A DNA stretch of 64,000 nucleotides from Candidatus Poribacteria bacterium (GCA_965197475.1 CBDANF010000003.1:2464001-2528000); one strand, 5' to 3'. Positions 18,960 through 30,082 are shown, numbered from the stretch's first letter. Numbers and translations are program-made. Notes: generated from the sequence alone by a model not told the origin.

Positions 18960-21900
18960 TTAAAGTTCCGCGCTTACTGTCATCTCCAACCGATGTTCAG
19001 GTTTGCGCTGTTTCGTTGAGAGTAAACGGTAATTAAGCCGAAACAGCAAGTCAGTAAATTTGCGTAACCTATAATCTGCTGTGGCGCGAACTTCATGGCT
19101 GATGCCTTCGTAAAAGTAGTATTGTGCAAAAGGGACACCGCCATCGCTTTTGCCGTAGCCGAGTTTATGGTTAATATCAATGCGCCCCTTGCCGAAAATA
19201 CTATATGTGATACGATTTTCAAATGAGAAGGTGCGCGTCTTTGCTTCAGACTCTTCAGCAAATTGTTCTATATCAGTTGTGCGGTTGTATCCGCCGATAC
19301 CGCTCCATCGTATAGCGCGACTCAGTTCATACTGAAGTTTCAATTCTGTCGTCTGCTCAAATTGGCGTAGGTCGGAGATAGGGGTCGGAGAAAATAAATC
19401 GGAGTTGGAAACCCCTCCCACTTCTATTCCATTGGAATCGCCTTCCACTTCTTCAGGGAAGTTGAGTTGACTATATTTTTCTTTTTCTTGACGTTGTTCC
19501 CAGCTTGCCCCCACTGCGAACCGTTGCGTTGGATTTACGGAAAAAGCGATATCCCACGTTCGGTAATTCCGATGCCGTTCTTGTGTGTTAATCCGTCGGT
19601 TGAGTGTGCGTCTAGTCCGAAGATTGACTTCAAAACTAAACTGAGGTGAAGGGGAAAATTCAACGCGATGATGTTGGTTGACTCGGCCGAAAAGGGTTTG
19701 TGAACCTTGTAGGCTTTGGAGCAGATAGAGAGAAATAGCGTCTTCCGCTTCCTGTTCCTCTGTCAACCATAGGCGCGTCTGGACTCTGAGTGCATTTAAG
19801 AACCACGTGAATGGAGACCTTTGACTTTCGGCTTTTGGCTTTCGGTTGTCGGCAGGAGTACCTGGGGCGGGATGAGTTTGCCTCTCAAATCCTCTTGTGG
19901 ACGCATCGCGTTGATTTCGGGTGCGTCGAGCGAAGAACTGACGTGGTTGGATCCGAAGTCGGAATGCAGCGTCAACTGCTGTTGTCGGCTTATCTCCTAC
20001 ATTCTGGTAGATTTTGATGTACGTCCCTTCCTCTGGGTCTTCCACATAGCGCAAGTCATCTAATCTGACATAATACCCTTCACCCGGTTGGATTCTATGT
20101 CCCGTAAGCGGATGAATATCGGTATAGATTTCACGACGTTGGGTTGTCAGTTTTTTATCCAATTCATAGGTAACTTCAGCATCAATCGCACGACTGAACG
20201 GCGTTAATTGGATTGTCATATTCGCCAACTGTGTTGTTGTATCTATGCCGATTTCCGAATGCGCTTTCACCATACGGCGTGCAAGGTTCGTCTTCATATT
20301 CACCCACTGCCCTTGCCATGAAAAGAGACCCACTTTCCATGTCCGCGCTGTGGTAGACCGCATCCAATCAGAGATCCCTAAACTTTTGCCATCAAGCGTC
20401 AATAACGGTTCTTTAGCGAAAGCCTGTTCCAGCTCGTAACTTGTATGAACGGATACCCATTTGAAATCAACCAAATTGACGCGTCCAGAAGTCCGGTTAC
20501 GTCTGCGATTGCGCGCAGCGGTGTAATCATCAATTGCAGCGAACCGATCAAAAGTACCGACAAATTCAAATGGAGAGAGAAGATAGGATAGACTCCCCTC
20601 TTGCCTTGATTTTCGGAAATTTTCTTGGACATTCTCGGTCTCCTCGTTCGGTTCTATAAGGGATGTGCTGCGATAGTCATTCCAGCGAAGATTCGGCAAC
20701 TTTTCTAAAAAAGGTGTTTTGTCTGTCGGTTTGCGTGAAAGATCGTTTTCAGTAGGATTCGGTCTCCGTATGTCGCCAATTTGATATTGCGAGGATGGTC
20801 GGAATAAATTTTCCGTTTGCGGGGATGTAGCAGGAAAAACGGAACTTCTACTTGGACTCGGCGTGAAATTCGCACCCCAATTGAAATTATTACGGCGTGT
20901 TGTTGGTCCCTCAACCGCAGCCTCAATCGTTCTACCCGCACCCACATCAAATTGTAGCCATCTATAAGGAAGCAATTTGATGTCGAGATTTAACGTTTGC
21001 TCATCGGATGCTCGCGAGATGGAACTCGGATCAAGCAGAAACGCGTCCTCAAACCTTTCCGTCGCGTATTGTGTCCCATAGCGGTCGCGGGTGCGATTGC
21101 TACGTGATGCCCCAACAGGCAAAAAATCCGCGTCCATTGTTCGGACATCAAGATTTCCTATCAGTTTCGGACGCAGCCTGTTAGACCATGTTGGAATGTC
21201 CCATCCTGTGTTACCGATTAGTTTCCAAGCCTGGCTTACCTCCTTTCTGTCCACGGTTGAATAAGTATTCTTATCTAACGCACTAAAAGCGAGTTCTCCA
21301 TTAAGCCATGTTTGTTCGGCAAAATTTAGACGACTCTCTAATCCCCACACCGTATGTTTCTGCGGTGGCGTGAGGAGAAATCCATCTCCATCTGGGTCCA
21401 GGGTATTTTGGCGGAGTGCATCCAGATCGTCGTCATCAAAAAGGACCAAAGCCTGTTCCGGGTCGCCCAAATCTGCTTCCACAGCGTAAGAAGCACCGAG
21501 CGACAACCATTCCCCCGGCAAAATGAAAACGTTGTTGATCCCGTAAAGATTCTGTTGATACGCGCGGTCTTCCGGAATATATTCAAAGTCAACGCGGATA
21601 ACGTCGTTGCTTGTTATCAGATGCTTGCTGTTGAACTCAATAATTGGATCGCCGTATTCACGGATGATGTAATCGTTGTTTTCACCGCGCCGCATCTTCT
21701 CACCGTTCAGCCAAACAATCTCACTCCCTGCTTTGACGATAACGAACTGGTTATTCACATCAAGCCGATATTCACTGCGCCCCTCTTGCCCACGAATTAC
21801 CTTGCTGGTAGATTGCCCCTTTGGCAGTGCGCTCGGAATGAGATGGAATTTACTTCTCTTAAAATCACCTTCAACCTTGACACCCTCGAGAGCACGCGGA

Positions 21901-22754
21901 AAAAAGATAAATTCGGACGGACCTAAGGATGCATCAAAATCGCCTAAAGTGCCTATTACGTTCGGATGCATGATGCGAATGAGTTTCTGATTGATGTCCT
22001 GAATATCCTCGGTCATCCCTTCCGGCTGAATAGGCAAATCTTGGTCAGAGAGCATTGCCAACACCTCAATGTTATCTGAGACGTTCCCTCTGACATTGAT
22101 ACGGAACTCCTGATTTTGTGACAATGCGCGACCGCTGCCGACAGAAATGCCGAACGTCCGACTGCCAGAATACTCTAACTGCGATGGTGATGTTGAAGAA
22201 GGTGCACGGGGGACTGCAGGAACAGTTATCGGTCGGCTTTCCAAATCGGGTGATACATCTGATTCTGACTCATCGTCAAGTGATGTTCCGAAAAGGTCAC
22301 GCTTATATATCTTCTGGAGAGCGAATGGGATTGAACGGTAGGTAATCGTCCATATTACATTTTTCTGTGGGACAACTGATTTATCAAAGGTAATTTTGCC
22401 TGATACGTAATCAATCTGGTAATCTTTTCTGTTAACGAGTATCTGTCCGTTATTACCTGTTATCTTTTCACTGTTCAGAAAAATAGGCGGGTATTTAATT
22501 GTCCATTCCGTTTTTCCTGCTTCCAATTGGAAATTTTCTGACTTCTCAATAACAGAAAAAGTGGGTAGTTTAAGGGGAGGATTCTGCTTTTGCAGTTCAG
22601 TTTGTGCTTCAACAGGCTTAAAATACAAAATGAGAAGAGAACAGAAAAAAAATGGAAGTATGGAAAGTAGGATTTTTGTGTGCCTTGCCATCCTTCTACC
22701 TTTCCATTTTTGAGCCCTTCCATTCTCGTTTTTCTTATTCTGCTTTTTTCGCAT
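18960..22754 (-). CDS. Large exported/outer-membrane protein of unknown function
   Basis: 1264 aa; signal-like segment, DYQIDY.SG.ITF, LSDQDLPIQPEG, GSEIVWLNG, many amphipathic beta strands. Confidence 0.75.
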   Translation of the reverse strand: MRKKQNKKNENGRAQKWKGRRMARHTKILLSILPFFFCSLLILYFKPVEAQTELQKQNPPLKLPTFSVIEKSENFQLEAGKTEWTIKYPPIFLNSEKITGNNGQILVNRKDYQIDYVSGKITFDKSVVPQKNVIWTITYRSIPFALQKIYKRDLFGTSLDDESESDVSPDLESRPITVPAVPRAPSSTSPSQLEYSGSRTFGISVGSGRALSQNQEFRINVRGNVSDNIEVLAMLSDQDLPIQPEGMTEDIQDINQKLIRIMHPNVIGTLGDFDASLGPSEFIFFPRALEGVKVEGDFKRSKFHLIPSALPKGQSTSKVIRGQEGRSEYRLDVNNQFVIVKAGSEIVWLNGEKMRRGENNDYIIREYGDPIIEFNSKHLITSNDVIRVDFEYIPEDRAYQQNLYGINNVFILPGEWLSLGASYAVEADLGDPEQALVLFDDDDLDALRQNTLDPDGDGFLLTPPQKHTVWGLESRLNFAEQTWLNGELAFSALDKNTYSTVDRKEVSQAWKLIGNTGWDIPTWSNRLRPKLIGNLDVRTMDADFLPVGASRSNRTRDRYGTQYATERFEDAFLLDPSSISRASDEQTLNLDIKLLPYRWLQFDVGAGRTIEAAVEGPTTRRNNFNWGANFTPSPSRSSVFPATSPQTENLFRPSSQYQIGDIRRPNPTENDLSRKPTDKTPFLEKLPNLRWNDYRSTSLIEPNEETENVQENFRKSRQEGSLSYLLSPFEFVGTFDRFAAIDDYTAARNRRRNRTSGRVNLVDFKWVSVHTSYELEQAFAKEPLLTLDGKSLGISDWMRSTTARTWKVGLFSWQGQWVNMKTNLARRMVKAHSEIGIDTTTQLANMTIQLTPFSRAIDAEVTYELDKKLTTQRREIYTDIHPLTGHRIQPGEGYYVRLDDLRYVEDPEEGTYIKIYQNVGDKPTTAVDAAFRLRIQPRQFFARRTRNQRDASTRGFERQTHPAPGTPADNRKPKAESQRSPFTWFLNALRVQTRLWLTEEQEAEDAISLYLLQSLQGSQTLFGRVNQHHRVEFSPSPQFSFEVNLRTRRTLNRRINTQERHRNYRTWDIAFSVNPTQRFAVGASWEQRQEKEKYSQLNFPEEVEGDSNGIEVGGVSNSDLFSPTPISDLRQFEQTTELKLQYELSRAIRWSGIGGYNRTTDIEQFAEESEAKTRTFSFENRITYSIFGKGRIDINHKLGYGKSDGGVPFAQYYFYEGISHEVRATADYRLRKFTDLLFRLNYRLLSTKQRKPEHRLEMTVSAEL

Positions 22755-23898
22755 TTGATGTCGAATTTGCTTTGAATATCACATGAAAAACTTTAATATC
22801 TCCCGCATCCGTGTCGCTCACAAAGACCCGTCCCTTCTCTGAAACAGCAATTCCGCAAGGATTCAACAACGACTTCATACTGAATTCTAAAATCGCTTTA
22901 CCTTCTGGTGTAAAAACCTGAATCCGTTGATTTCCACTGTCGGTGACGTAAAGATAGTTCCAAGCATCAAGTGCGAGTCTTTTCGGTTCACGAAACTGCC
23001 CGATCGCACTGCCTTCCTCACCCCACGTTTGGATAGGATTCCCACTGAAATCGTAACTCTTAATGCTATTATTACCCGTGTCTACAGCGTACACAGTTCC
23101 GTGCGGGTTAACAACAAGGTCGGTTGGATTCCAAAACTGTTCTCGACTGCTACCGAAACTCCCGATTGCGATAATAGGCGCGAGGTTTCTATTGAATTGG
23201 ACCCAGCGATGATTGAGTGTATCAACTACATACACATCTCCCTTCCGACCGATACCGATACCCTCAGGTGCCTCAAACTGAAAATCTTCTGGAGTGGTCG
23301 TAAGCGGGTAAAAAATTCTGTTCACCAGATTGCAATACTGGATTCGGTTATTGCCTGTGTCTGCAACATAGAGAGTGTCTAAACTGAGTGCCACGTCATT
23401 TGGGAAATCAAACTCACCTTCACGCCATCCGTAGCTCCCGAATTCAGCAATGAAATGCCCATTCCTGTCAATAACTTGTACCCGGTTGTTGCCCGCATCC
23501 GCCACGTATAGCTGTCCATAGGCATCAACAACCAACCCCATAGGCATCAGAAATTCGCCAGCACCTTGCCCCGCTCTACCGATTGTTTTTACATAGTTTA
23601 CACCTAATATAGGAGGGGCTTCGCGTGCTCGGATTGAAGGGACGATGTCTACATTGGGAGGTGTCGGAGGGCGCAGCGTTCCTGGACCATCCGGTTCAGG
23701 CACAGCACAACTTATATAGCAAAGGAGAGAAAACCAGATGAGAATATACCCACAGCAAGCTAACTTTATTGAAGCATTTTTGATAAAAAAACATAAGGAA
23801 TTTAGGAATCTATCCTCTGAATCCCTTATTGGCAGACTGAATTTGACATTACTGTCGCTGCACTTTAAATTTGAAAACAAACGTTGTTTGCTGATCAT
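22735..23898 (-). CDS. NHL-repeat beta-propeller lipoprotein
   Basis: Repeated GEF..P.G..VD..G..YVAD.GNNR.Q; true start uncertain. Confidence 0.85.
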   Translation of the reverse strand: MISKQRLFSNLKCSDSNVKFSLPIRDSEDRFLNSLCFFIKNASIKLACCGYILIWFSLLCYISCAVPEPDGPGTLRPPTPPNVDIVPSIRAREAPPILGVNYVKTIGRAGQGAGEFLMPMGLVVDAYGQLYVADAGNNRVQVIDRNGHFIAEFGSYGWREGEFDFPNDVALSLDTLYVADTGNNRIQYCNLVNRIFYPLTTTPEDFQFEAPEGIGIGRKGDVYVVDTLNHRWVQFNRNLAPIIAIGSFGSSREQFWNPTDLVVNPHGTVYAVDTGNNSIKSYDFSGNPIQTWGEEGSAIGQFREPKRLALDAWNYLYVTDSGNQRIQVFTPEGKAILEFSMKSLLNPCGIAVSEKGRVFVSDTDAGDIKVFHVIFKANSTSNAKKAE

Positions 23899-24526
23899 TG
23901 AATTCGCTCGTCACACCGGGAACAATAATACGTAGATTCGTAGACCTTGCACTGCGTTTTGGAAAATAGAGATAGAATCGCGTAAGGTTTTTAGGCATAA
24001 TGTTCGTCTTTTTTAAATCTTCAGTCGGTAGAACAGCAGCATCTCCTTGAATTCGAATAGTCTTGTCGTATCGGAAAACATCTGCTACGAACTCAGGAGG
24101 TAACTTCGGCTTAAAATTCCTTGATAAATGGAGTGCTTGCTGCGCCTTATCTAACTGTTTTATAATGTTCCCTGAGTGGTCAAGCATCTTACAATCTTCT
24201 CTTTTAAAACTGATCCAGTGATCTGTTCGGTTGTAAATAAGGATTCCAAACGCATTTACATTTTTCACATCGTGGAGCGGAACCGCCATTGCAACAATGC
24301 CATTTTCCACATAAATAACGGTACCGGTTTGCGGTGTGATTGTTGCATCCGGATCAAAAACCGGAACTATTATCTCTGGATGGAATAAGTCATTGGCAAC
24401 ATCCCCTATCTTTGCACATCCGACCAAAGATACAGACAGAGCGAACATCACCAAAATCTGACAAGTACGCGTCCAAATCAAAGATACATTTTGTGTGGTA
24501 TTTGTCGAATTACGGAAAAACTTCAT
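23849..24526 (-). CDS. Hypothetical lipoprotein
   Basis: RBS AAGGAGG; lipobox LVGC. Confidence 0.7.
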   Translation of the reverse strand: MKFFRNSTNTTQNVSLIWTRTCQILVMFALSVSLVGCAKIGDVANDLFHPEIIVPVFDPDATITPQTGTVIYVENGIVAMAVPLHDVKNVNAFGILIYNRTDHWISFKREDCKMLDHSGNIIKQLDKAQQALHLSRNFKPKLPPEFVADVFRYDKTIRIQGDAAVLPTEDLKKTNIMPKNLTRFYLYFPKRSARSTNLRIIVPGVTSEFNDQQTTFVFKFKVQRQ

Positions 24527-24554
24527 TAAAACGTGCCTCCTCCTTTGTCGGTTA

Positions 24555-25523
24555 TTAGTTATTGTATGCCAACATTGCTGCACCGACGAGTCCAGCTTCG
24601 TTCCCCAAATTCGCTGGCACAATTTCCATTTCTCTGGGGATGTCCATTGCTCGTTTGGTGAATTCCTCACGAATATGTTGGAAGAGTAGATTTTCCCCTG
24701 CCGCTGCGATTCCACCGCCGATGATAGCAATTTGAGGGTTAAGAATATGCGCTATAGATGTCAATGCTATACTAATATATCTTCCTGTCTCTGAAAAAAT
24801 ATCACGTGCCAGTTCATCTCCTGCGGTGGCTGCTTCTGCGATCTGTTTCGGTGTCAATCCTTCAGGATTCAAACAAGTTTTCTTGCCACTTGCTATCTGC
24901 TGTAGCGTCCGTTCTACAATATGCCTTGCACCTGCGTAAGCCTCAAGACAACCGTGATTACCACATCCGCACTTACGACCATTCGGTTGCACAACCGTGT
25001 GTCCCAATTCGCCTGCTGTATTCCAGCTACCGTGGTAGACTTTTCTGTCTATGACAACACCGCCACCGACACCTGTGCCGAGTGTGAGCCCCACAACGTT
25101 CTGATACCCAACGCCAGCACCGTGATGTAGTTCACCTAATACCATCACATTAACATCGTTATCAATATAGAGCGGGATGTCTAAATTGCCAAGTTCGGCA
25201 GTGACATAATCGAGTAGCGGAATATCGCTCCATCCTGGAAAGTTTGGTGAAAAGTGGATAATACCACTCCCGGCGATGATGAGTCCGGGTGCTCCCAAGC
25301 CGATACCGGTAATCCTCTTTTCGCTTTCTTCATGCTGATGTGTTTCTATGTTTGCAGCCTTAATAACCTGCTTGATCATCTGAGCGATGCGTGCTGCTAT
25401 CGCCTTTGCGCCTTCATTCACGCGAGTGGCAACGACCTTGCGGCACGAAAGTGTTCCATCTGAAGCCAACAATCCTGCTTTAATATCTGTTCCACCCAGA
25501 TCAATTCCTATACTGTATTTCAT
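24555..25523 (-). CDS. ROK-family sugar kinase (glucokinase-like)
   Basis: GIDLGGT, DNDVN, LGTGVGGG, AGELGH, CGCGNHGCLE. Confidence 0.92.
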   Translation of the reverse strand: MKYSIGIDLGGTDIKAGLLASDGTLSCRKVVATRVNEGAKAIAARIAQMIKQVIKAANIETHQHEESEKRITGIGLGAPGLIIAGSGIIHFSPNFPGWSDIPLLDYVTAELGNLDIPLYIDNDVNVMVLGELHHGAGVGYQNVVGLTLGTGVGGGVVIDRKVYHGSWNTAGELGHTVVQPNGRKCGCGNHGCLEAYAGARHIVERTLQQIASGKKTCLNPEGLTPKQIAEAATAGDELARDIFSETGRYISIALTSIAHILNPQIAIIGGGIAAAGENLLFQHIREEFTKRAMDIPREMEIVPANLGNEAGLVGAAMLAYNN

Positions 25524-25590
25524 TTTAAGTGGCTGTCGGTATTCCGAAATCATTTATCCCAGCTGCAGATTGCTGACTGCCAATAGCCTC

Positions 25591-26841
25591 CTAACTCTGA
25601 GAATTCCATTTGATACGTGCGCCGTCACCAACGTTACATACATAGATGTCGGGTTCAATGCCGGTACGTCGTGTATATTCTTTCATCACCTTGTCCCGAA
25701 ACGCCTCTACAGCATCTTGATAGACTAAATTTACCGTACATCCGCCGAACCCAGCCCCTGTCATCCGTGCACCGATGACACCGTCAATACTCTGCGCGAT
25801 CTCTGTTAACACGTTTAACTCATCGCAACTGACTTCATAAGCGTCACGTAAGCCAGCGTGTGAAGCATTCATGAGTGTGCCAAAAGTACTAATGTCTTTT
25901 GCTTTGAGTGCAGACACAGCACTTTGCACCCGCGTGTTTTCCTCAATGACATATCCACACCTTTTTTGTGTAATCTGGGGTAATTCTGCTTCATATTTTT
26001 TGAAATCTTCTAACGTCACATCACGAAGTGAAGTGACAGAAGGCAACCATTGCTGAAGAATCTCAACACCTTTTTCACATTCAGCACGCCGTTTGTTATA
26101 CTCAGAGGAAGCAAGCTCACGTTTGACGTTGGTGTTACAAATTACGATCAGAATATCCGTTAAGTTGAGCAGCACCTGCTTGTATTCAAGAGAACGACAA
26201 TCTAAAAACAGAGCGTGATTAGCCTTACCTAATAGCGAGATTGTTGGGTCCATGATACCACAGTTGACACCAACAAATTCATTTTCTGCCCGTTGACACA
26301 ACGCGGCTAATTCCGTAGGCGGGAGTTCAATCAATTCAATCTTACTATCAGAATTAATGCTTGTGTGTGCTAACTCTAAGCCGCACACACCCAAAAAAGC
26401 GAGTGATGAGGCGACTTCAAGCGCAGCAGAAGAACTAAGTCCTGCACCGATCGGGACATTTCCAGTAATTACTGCAGACATGCCCTGTAGTGTGTGTCCA
26501 ATCTTCTGTAAAATCTGTTCTTGTAACAAGTGTGCGACACCTTTCAGATAATTACTCCAAGCAGGCATTTCAGAATCATCAGGTGTATCCAAACTGAAGA
26601 TGCATTCATCATTCATATCTAAGGCGTGAAGGTGCACTTGGCGGTCAGAACGTTTGCTGGCAGCGATGTGGATGTATTTATCAATAGCCACAGGAAACAC
26701 ATAACCGTCATTGTAATCTGTATGCTCACCGATGAGGTTAACCCTTCCTGGTGCAGATACGATGAACTCTGGCGGATGACCGAAACGTTCTTTAAATTCT
26801 TGTTCCAATCTATTGTTTAAAATAGATTCTTCCTGTCTCAT
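25591..26841 (-). CDS. galK: Galactokinase
   Basis: APGRVNLIGEHTDYNDG, PIGAGLSSSAA, GARMTGAGFGG. Confidence 0.96.
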   Translation of the reverse strand: MRQEESILNNRLEQEFKERFGHPPEFIVSAPGRVNLIGEHTDYNDGYVFPVAIDKYIHIAASKRSDRQVHLHALDMNDECIFSLDTPDDSEMPAWSNYLKGVAHLLQEQILQKIGHTLQGMSAVITGNVPIGAGLSSSAALEVASSLAFLGVCGLELAHTSINSDSKIELIELPPTELAALCQRAENEFVGVNCGIMDPTISLLGKANHALFLDCRSLEYKQVLLNLTDILIVICNTNVKRELASSEYNKRRAECEKGVEILQQWLPSVTSLRDVTLEDFKKYEAELPQITQKRCGYVIEENTRVQSAVSALKAKDISTFGTLMNASHAGLRDAYEVSCDELNVLTEIAQSIDGVIGARMTGAGFGGCTVNLVYQDAVEAFRDKVMKEYTRRTGIEPDIYVCNVGDGARIKWNSQS

Positions 26842-26903
26842 TCGATTCCCTCAATTGATAAACCTTAGTTGTCTGTTGGACTCTATGATGTTCCCGAATA
26901 TGC

Positions 26904-27674
26904 TCAATCAATTGTTGAGGCAGGAGCGAAAAACTTCAACAATCGTGCTAACACTTCGTGCAACTCTGGACGTGGAATATAGCAGTCCACACTGATATCC
27001 GGGATGTTTAGATTTGAATCACGATTCTTTTCAGGCAGGAGTTGTTCTTCAGGTGCATGTAATGCTGGTTGCGGATGGAATCGAGGTGTATTTTCCGATA
27101 GTGATGTACACTCTGCTATAACTATTTCACCCACGGGCAAACGTGATGTAAGCTGTCCGTTCTCTGTTTCGGTCAAAACTGTCAGGTGTGGAAGTGATTC
27201 CTGTGCTAATTGCTCCAATTGTAGAAGAATCGGTACAATATCAGTAAAGGATATTTCTGCTTCAATCGGACTCGCGGTAAAAACAGAAAGCAGTGGAATT
27301 GATTTCTTCAACGCACACGCAATTGCCTCAGAAAACACAGTCAACTGCCGCTGTTCCATCGTAGCATCAGGATGCAAAACAAACAGACTAACGGGGTGCC
27401 CTGCGATGTTTTCCTCTGTAGCGAGGACATCGTTTGTAATCACACTTTGGCTGCTACTCTCATTTGAAAGGGCATCTGCAGCATCAAGAGAGTCAATACC
27501 CATAAGGAGGTTTAGCCGATTTTCAATTGACAAAGGAAAAAGTTCCTTGCACTTTGGACAGATAAAACCATTCCGTTCTAACTCTCCCCGAAAAGACACC
27601 TCACTACAGTGTGTGCATTTATGCCACAAACTGACGCTTTCCTCATCAATTTCAGTGCTTCGTGTGGTTTCCAT
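26904..27674 (-). CDS. Degenerate AccD-like protein (Zn finger retained)
   Basis: LWHKCTHC...ICPKC N-terminus typical of AccD; GGS and SGGARMQEG motifs absent. Confidence 0.65.
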   Translation of the reverse strand: METTRSTEIDEESVSLWHKCTHCSEVSFRGELERNGFICPKCKELFPLSIENRLNLLMGIDSLDAADALSNESSSQSVITNDVLATEENIAGHPVSLFVLHPDATMEQRQLTVFSEAIACALKKSIPLLSVFTASPIEAEISFTDIVPILLQLEQLAQESLPHLTVLTETENGQLTSRLPVGEIVIAECTSLSENTPRFHPQPALHAPEEQLLPEKNRDSNLNIPDISVDCYIPRPELHEVLARLLKFFAPASTID

Positions 27675-27746
27675 ATTCTGACCTATTAGGTTCGTTGACC
27701 TGCAATTTATGCGCGTAAAACATAAATTTAGTAAGAAGGAGGAACG

Positions 27747-28091
27747 TTACAGAAAACTTGCTATTGCCTCTGCTTCTGTATCGTAGCGGTCAAATATTGT
27801 CACAAGTTTAGCCATAATGATGAGACTTCTGATGTTCCCGCCGATATTGAGGAGCACGGCTCTGCCATTATTGCGTCGGATAGAGGCATAGGCAGCAACA
27901 ATTACACCCAACCCGGAACTATCCATCATCTGGACCCGTTCCATATTTAAGATCATGAACACCGGTTCATCGCCCGTCGCCCGAATTTGGTCATCAATGA
28001 TGTTTTTCAGGGCAATTGTATTAGGACCAACGAGGTTACCCTCAATATCTAAAATTGTAACGCTCCCTTTATGCCGTAGGTTGACTTGCAT
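27747..28091 (-). CDS. STAS anti-sigma-factor antagonist
   Basis: MDSSGLG phospho-Ser motif. Confidence 0.9.
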   Translation of the reverse strand: MQVNLRHKGSVTILDIEGNLVGPNTIALKNIIDDQIRATGDEPVFMILNMERVQMMDSSGLGVIVAAYASIRRNNGRAVLLNIGGNIRSLIIMAKLVTIFDRYDTEAEAIASFL

Positions 28092-28206
28092 AAAAATTCC
28101 TTCCTCTTAAATAAATGATTGCCTTCCTGAAAGCACAACACAGTCGAGGTGCTGCCTCTGGACCCGTTTCTATGAATGTAGCACTAATCTTGGCTATCTG
28201 AAGGCA

Positions 28207-28635
28207 CTACGAATTTGGATTTTGCTTATATTTAACCATTTTGACAATGGTGCCCCTAGCCTCGTACACGACTTCATCCATGCAGGTTTCCATTAGGAAA
28301 AGCCCTCGACCACTACTTTTCAGCAGATTCTCCGGTTCAAGCGGATTTGCAACATCTTCGCGCTGAAACCCAGGTCCTTCATCAGTTACAACAATCGTAA
28401 GTTTTTCATCGTCAATAAGAAACTCAAATGTCGCTGTCTTATTAGAGTCTTCTTTATTGCCGTGCTTGATTGCGTTTGTCCCTGCTTCAATGACAGCGAG
28501 GTTTACATGTTCTTGTGCTTCTTCATCAAATTTCATCTCTCTCATAATGTCGCTGATAACAGTGTCAAGTAGATAAATCAACTGCATTGTACTTGGGAGA
28601 GAAAGGAAAATTCTCCATTGAGTTTTCTCGCCCAC
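28207..28635 (-). CDS. Anti-sigma factor Ser kinase (RsbW-like)
   Basis: EAGTNAIKHG, DEGPGF, GRGLFLM...MDEV. Confidence 0.9.
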   Translation of the reverse strand: MGEKTQWRIFLSLPSTMQLIYLLDTVISDIMREMKFDEEAQEHVNLAVIEAGTNAIKHGNKEDSNKTATFEFLIDDEKLTIVVTDEGPGFQREDVANPLEPENLLKSSGRGLFLMETCMDEVVYEARGTIVKMVKYKQNPNS

Positions 28636-28740
28636 GTGTTCGGCTCCTTCCTTACGAATGCAAAATGTCCGCGCGAATCATTCAAATGGTTGCACTAATC
28701 AACGCCGAATGTACTTATGGCATTCGGCGCAATTCTATTA

Positions 28741-29997
28741 TTACGTTGGATTTGTGTTAGCATCAGTGCGTTTGATTACAACTACGGCGCGGTCATCTTT
28801 GAGTTGTGTTGTTCCGCTAAATTCCGTCAAGTCCGTTTGAAGGACATCACAAAGCGATTCCGCGGATAACGTTAGGTTTTTTGAGAAGCAATCAATCAAA
28901 CGTTCTTCACCGTAAAAGTCATTTGGTTTTCGCCCCTCTGTTTCGGTCACACCATCGGTATAAAGTAAAAGGACATCTCCAGGAGATAATAGGCAGGTAT
29001 CAGAGGAAAAAGTTGCGATATCAAACGCTCCTATCAACATACCACCGGTTTCAAGCAACTCAACCTGATGTTGGCTCTTTTCGGCTTGTTCGGCATCTCC
29101 TGAACCTGTTTTGAAATGGATTGGTGGACAGTGTCCGCCGTTGGAATAAGTAAACTTCCCTGTGTCTATTTCTAATATACCGTATACCATTGTGGCAAAT
29201 TGTTCAAGGTCAGTGTTGTGGAAAAGTAAGGTATTAATTCGTTTTAAAACCGTCGCGGGACAATTTGCCTCATTACTTAGCAAACGTGAAGCGGTCTGAA
29301 TCATCACCATCAAAAGCGCAGCCGGAATTCCATGTCCTTTAACATCTCCCAATACAATACTGAGCCGTGTGTCGCTAAGTGGGATAAAATCGTAAAAGTC
29401 ACCGGAAACAGATGTTGAACTTCGAAACGTCGTGGCGAAGTCAAACCCATTAAAAACCGGTGGTTTCTCTGGAAGCAGCTTCAGTTGAATTTCTGCGGCT
29501 GCTTGGAGATGCGACCCGAGTTCAGCCACACCAGCTTCAGTGAAACTTTCACCCATTGCATTTATTAAGGGATTGATGTATTTGACCGGACGCGTTCGCC
29601 CCAAAACGGCATTAATCCGAGCAGTCACCTCTCGTAAATCAAAAGGCTTTGTAATATAGTCGTCTCCACCAATTTCTAACCCGCGTAATTTGTCCTCAGT
29701 TTGTGTTTTTGCTGTCAACCATAGGACAGGAATAGCACGCGTGTCTGTATCTTCCTTCAACTTTTTTATAACTTGTAAACCGTCCATCTGCGGCATCATG
29801 ACATCAAGTAAAATGAGGTCCGGTTGTTCTGCTTTGGCACTTTGGATCCCCTTCATACCATCACTGGCGGTAACGACATTGAATCCATCTGAAGCCAAAC
29901 TCATTTTGAGTAGGGCAAGGATATCAGTATCGTCATCAATTACTAAGATGGTTTCAGTTGATGGTGTAGGTTCAGGCAGTAAAATTGTTTCTGACAT
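28741..29997 (-). CDS. Response regulator-PP2C phosphatase (RsbU/SpoIIE-like)
   Basis: REC domain (LLDVMMP, KPF) + SGDFYD, GDVKGHG, YTDGVTE, DDR. Confidence 0.92.
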   Translation of the reverse strand: MSETILLPEPTPSTETILVIDDDTDILALLKMSLASDGFNVVTASDGMKGIQSAKAEQPDLILLDVMMPQMDGLQVIKKLKEDTDTRAIPVLWLTAKTQTEDKLRGLEIGGDDYITKPFDLREVTARINAVLGRTRPVKYINPLINAMGESFTEAGVAELGSHLQAAAEIQLKLLPEKPPVFNGFDFATTFRSSTSVSGDFYDFIPLSDTRLSIVLGDVKGHGIPAALLMVMIQTASRLLSNEANCPATVLKRINTLLFHNTDLEQFATMVYGILEIDTGKFTYSNGGHCPPIHFKTGSGDAEQAEKSQHQVELLETGGMLIGAFDIATFSSDTCLLSPGDVLLLYTDGVTETEGRKPNDFYGEERLIDCFSKNLTLSAESLCDVLQTDLTEFSGTTQLKDDRAVVVIKRTDANTNPT

Positions 29998-30082
29998 ATC
30001 TTTAGCCTCAGTTTTCTATTGAGAGATACTTGGTTAGCAAAACCTTAACTTATAATTTCGTCGGTGTAGAGAACAAAGTTTC

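Noticed and set aside
27004-27681. 225-aa + strand ORF
   Set aside because: Antisense to the AccD-like gene; Ser-rich shadow composition and no RBS.
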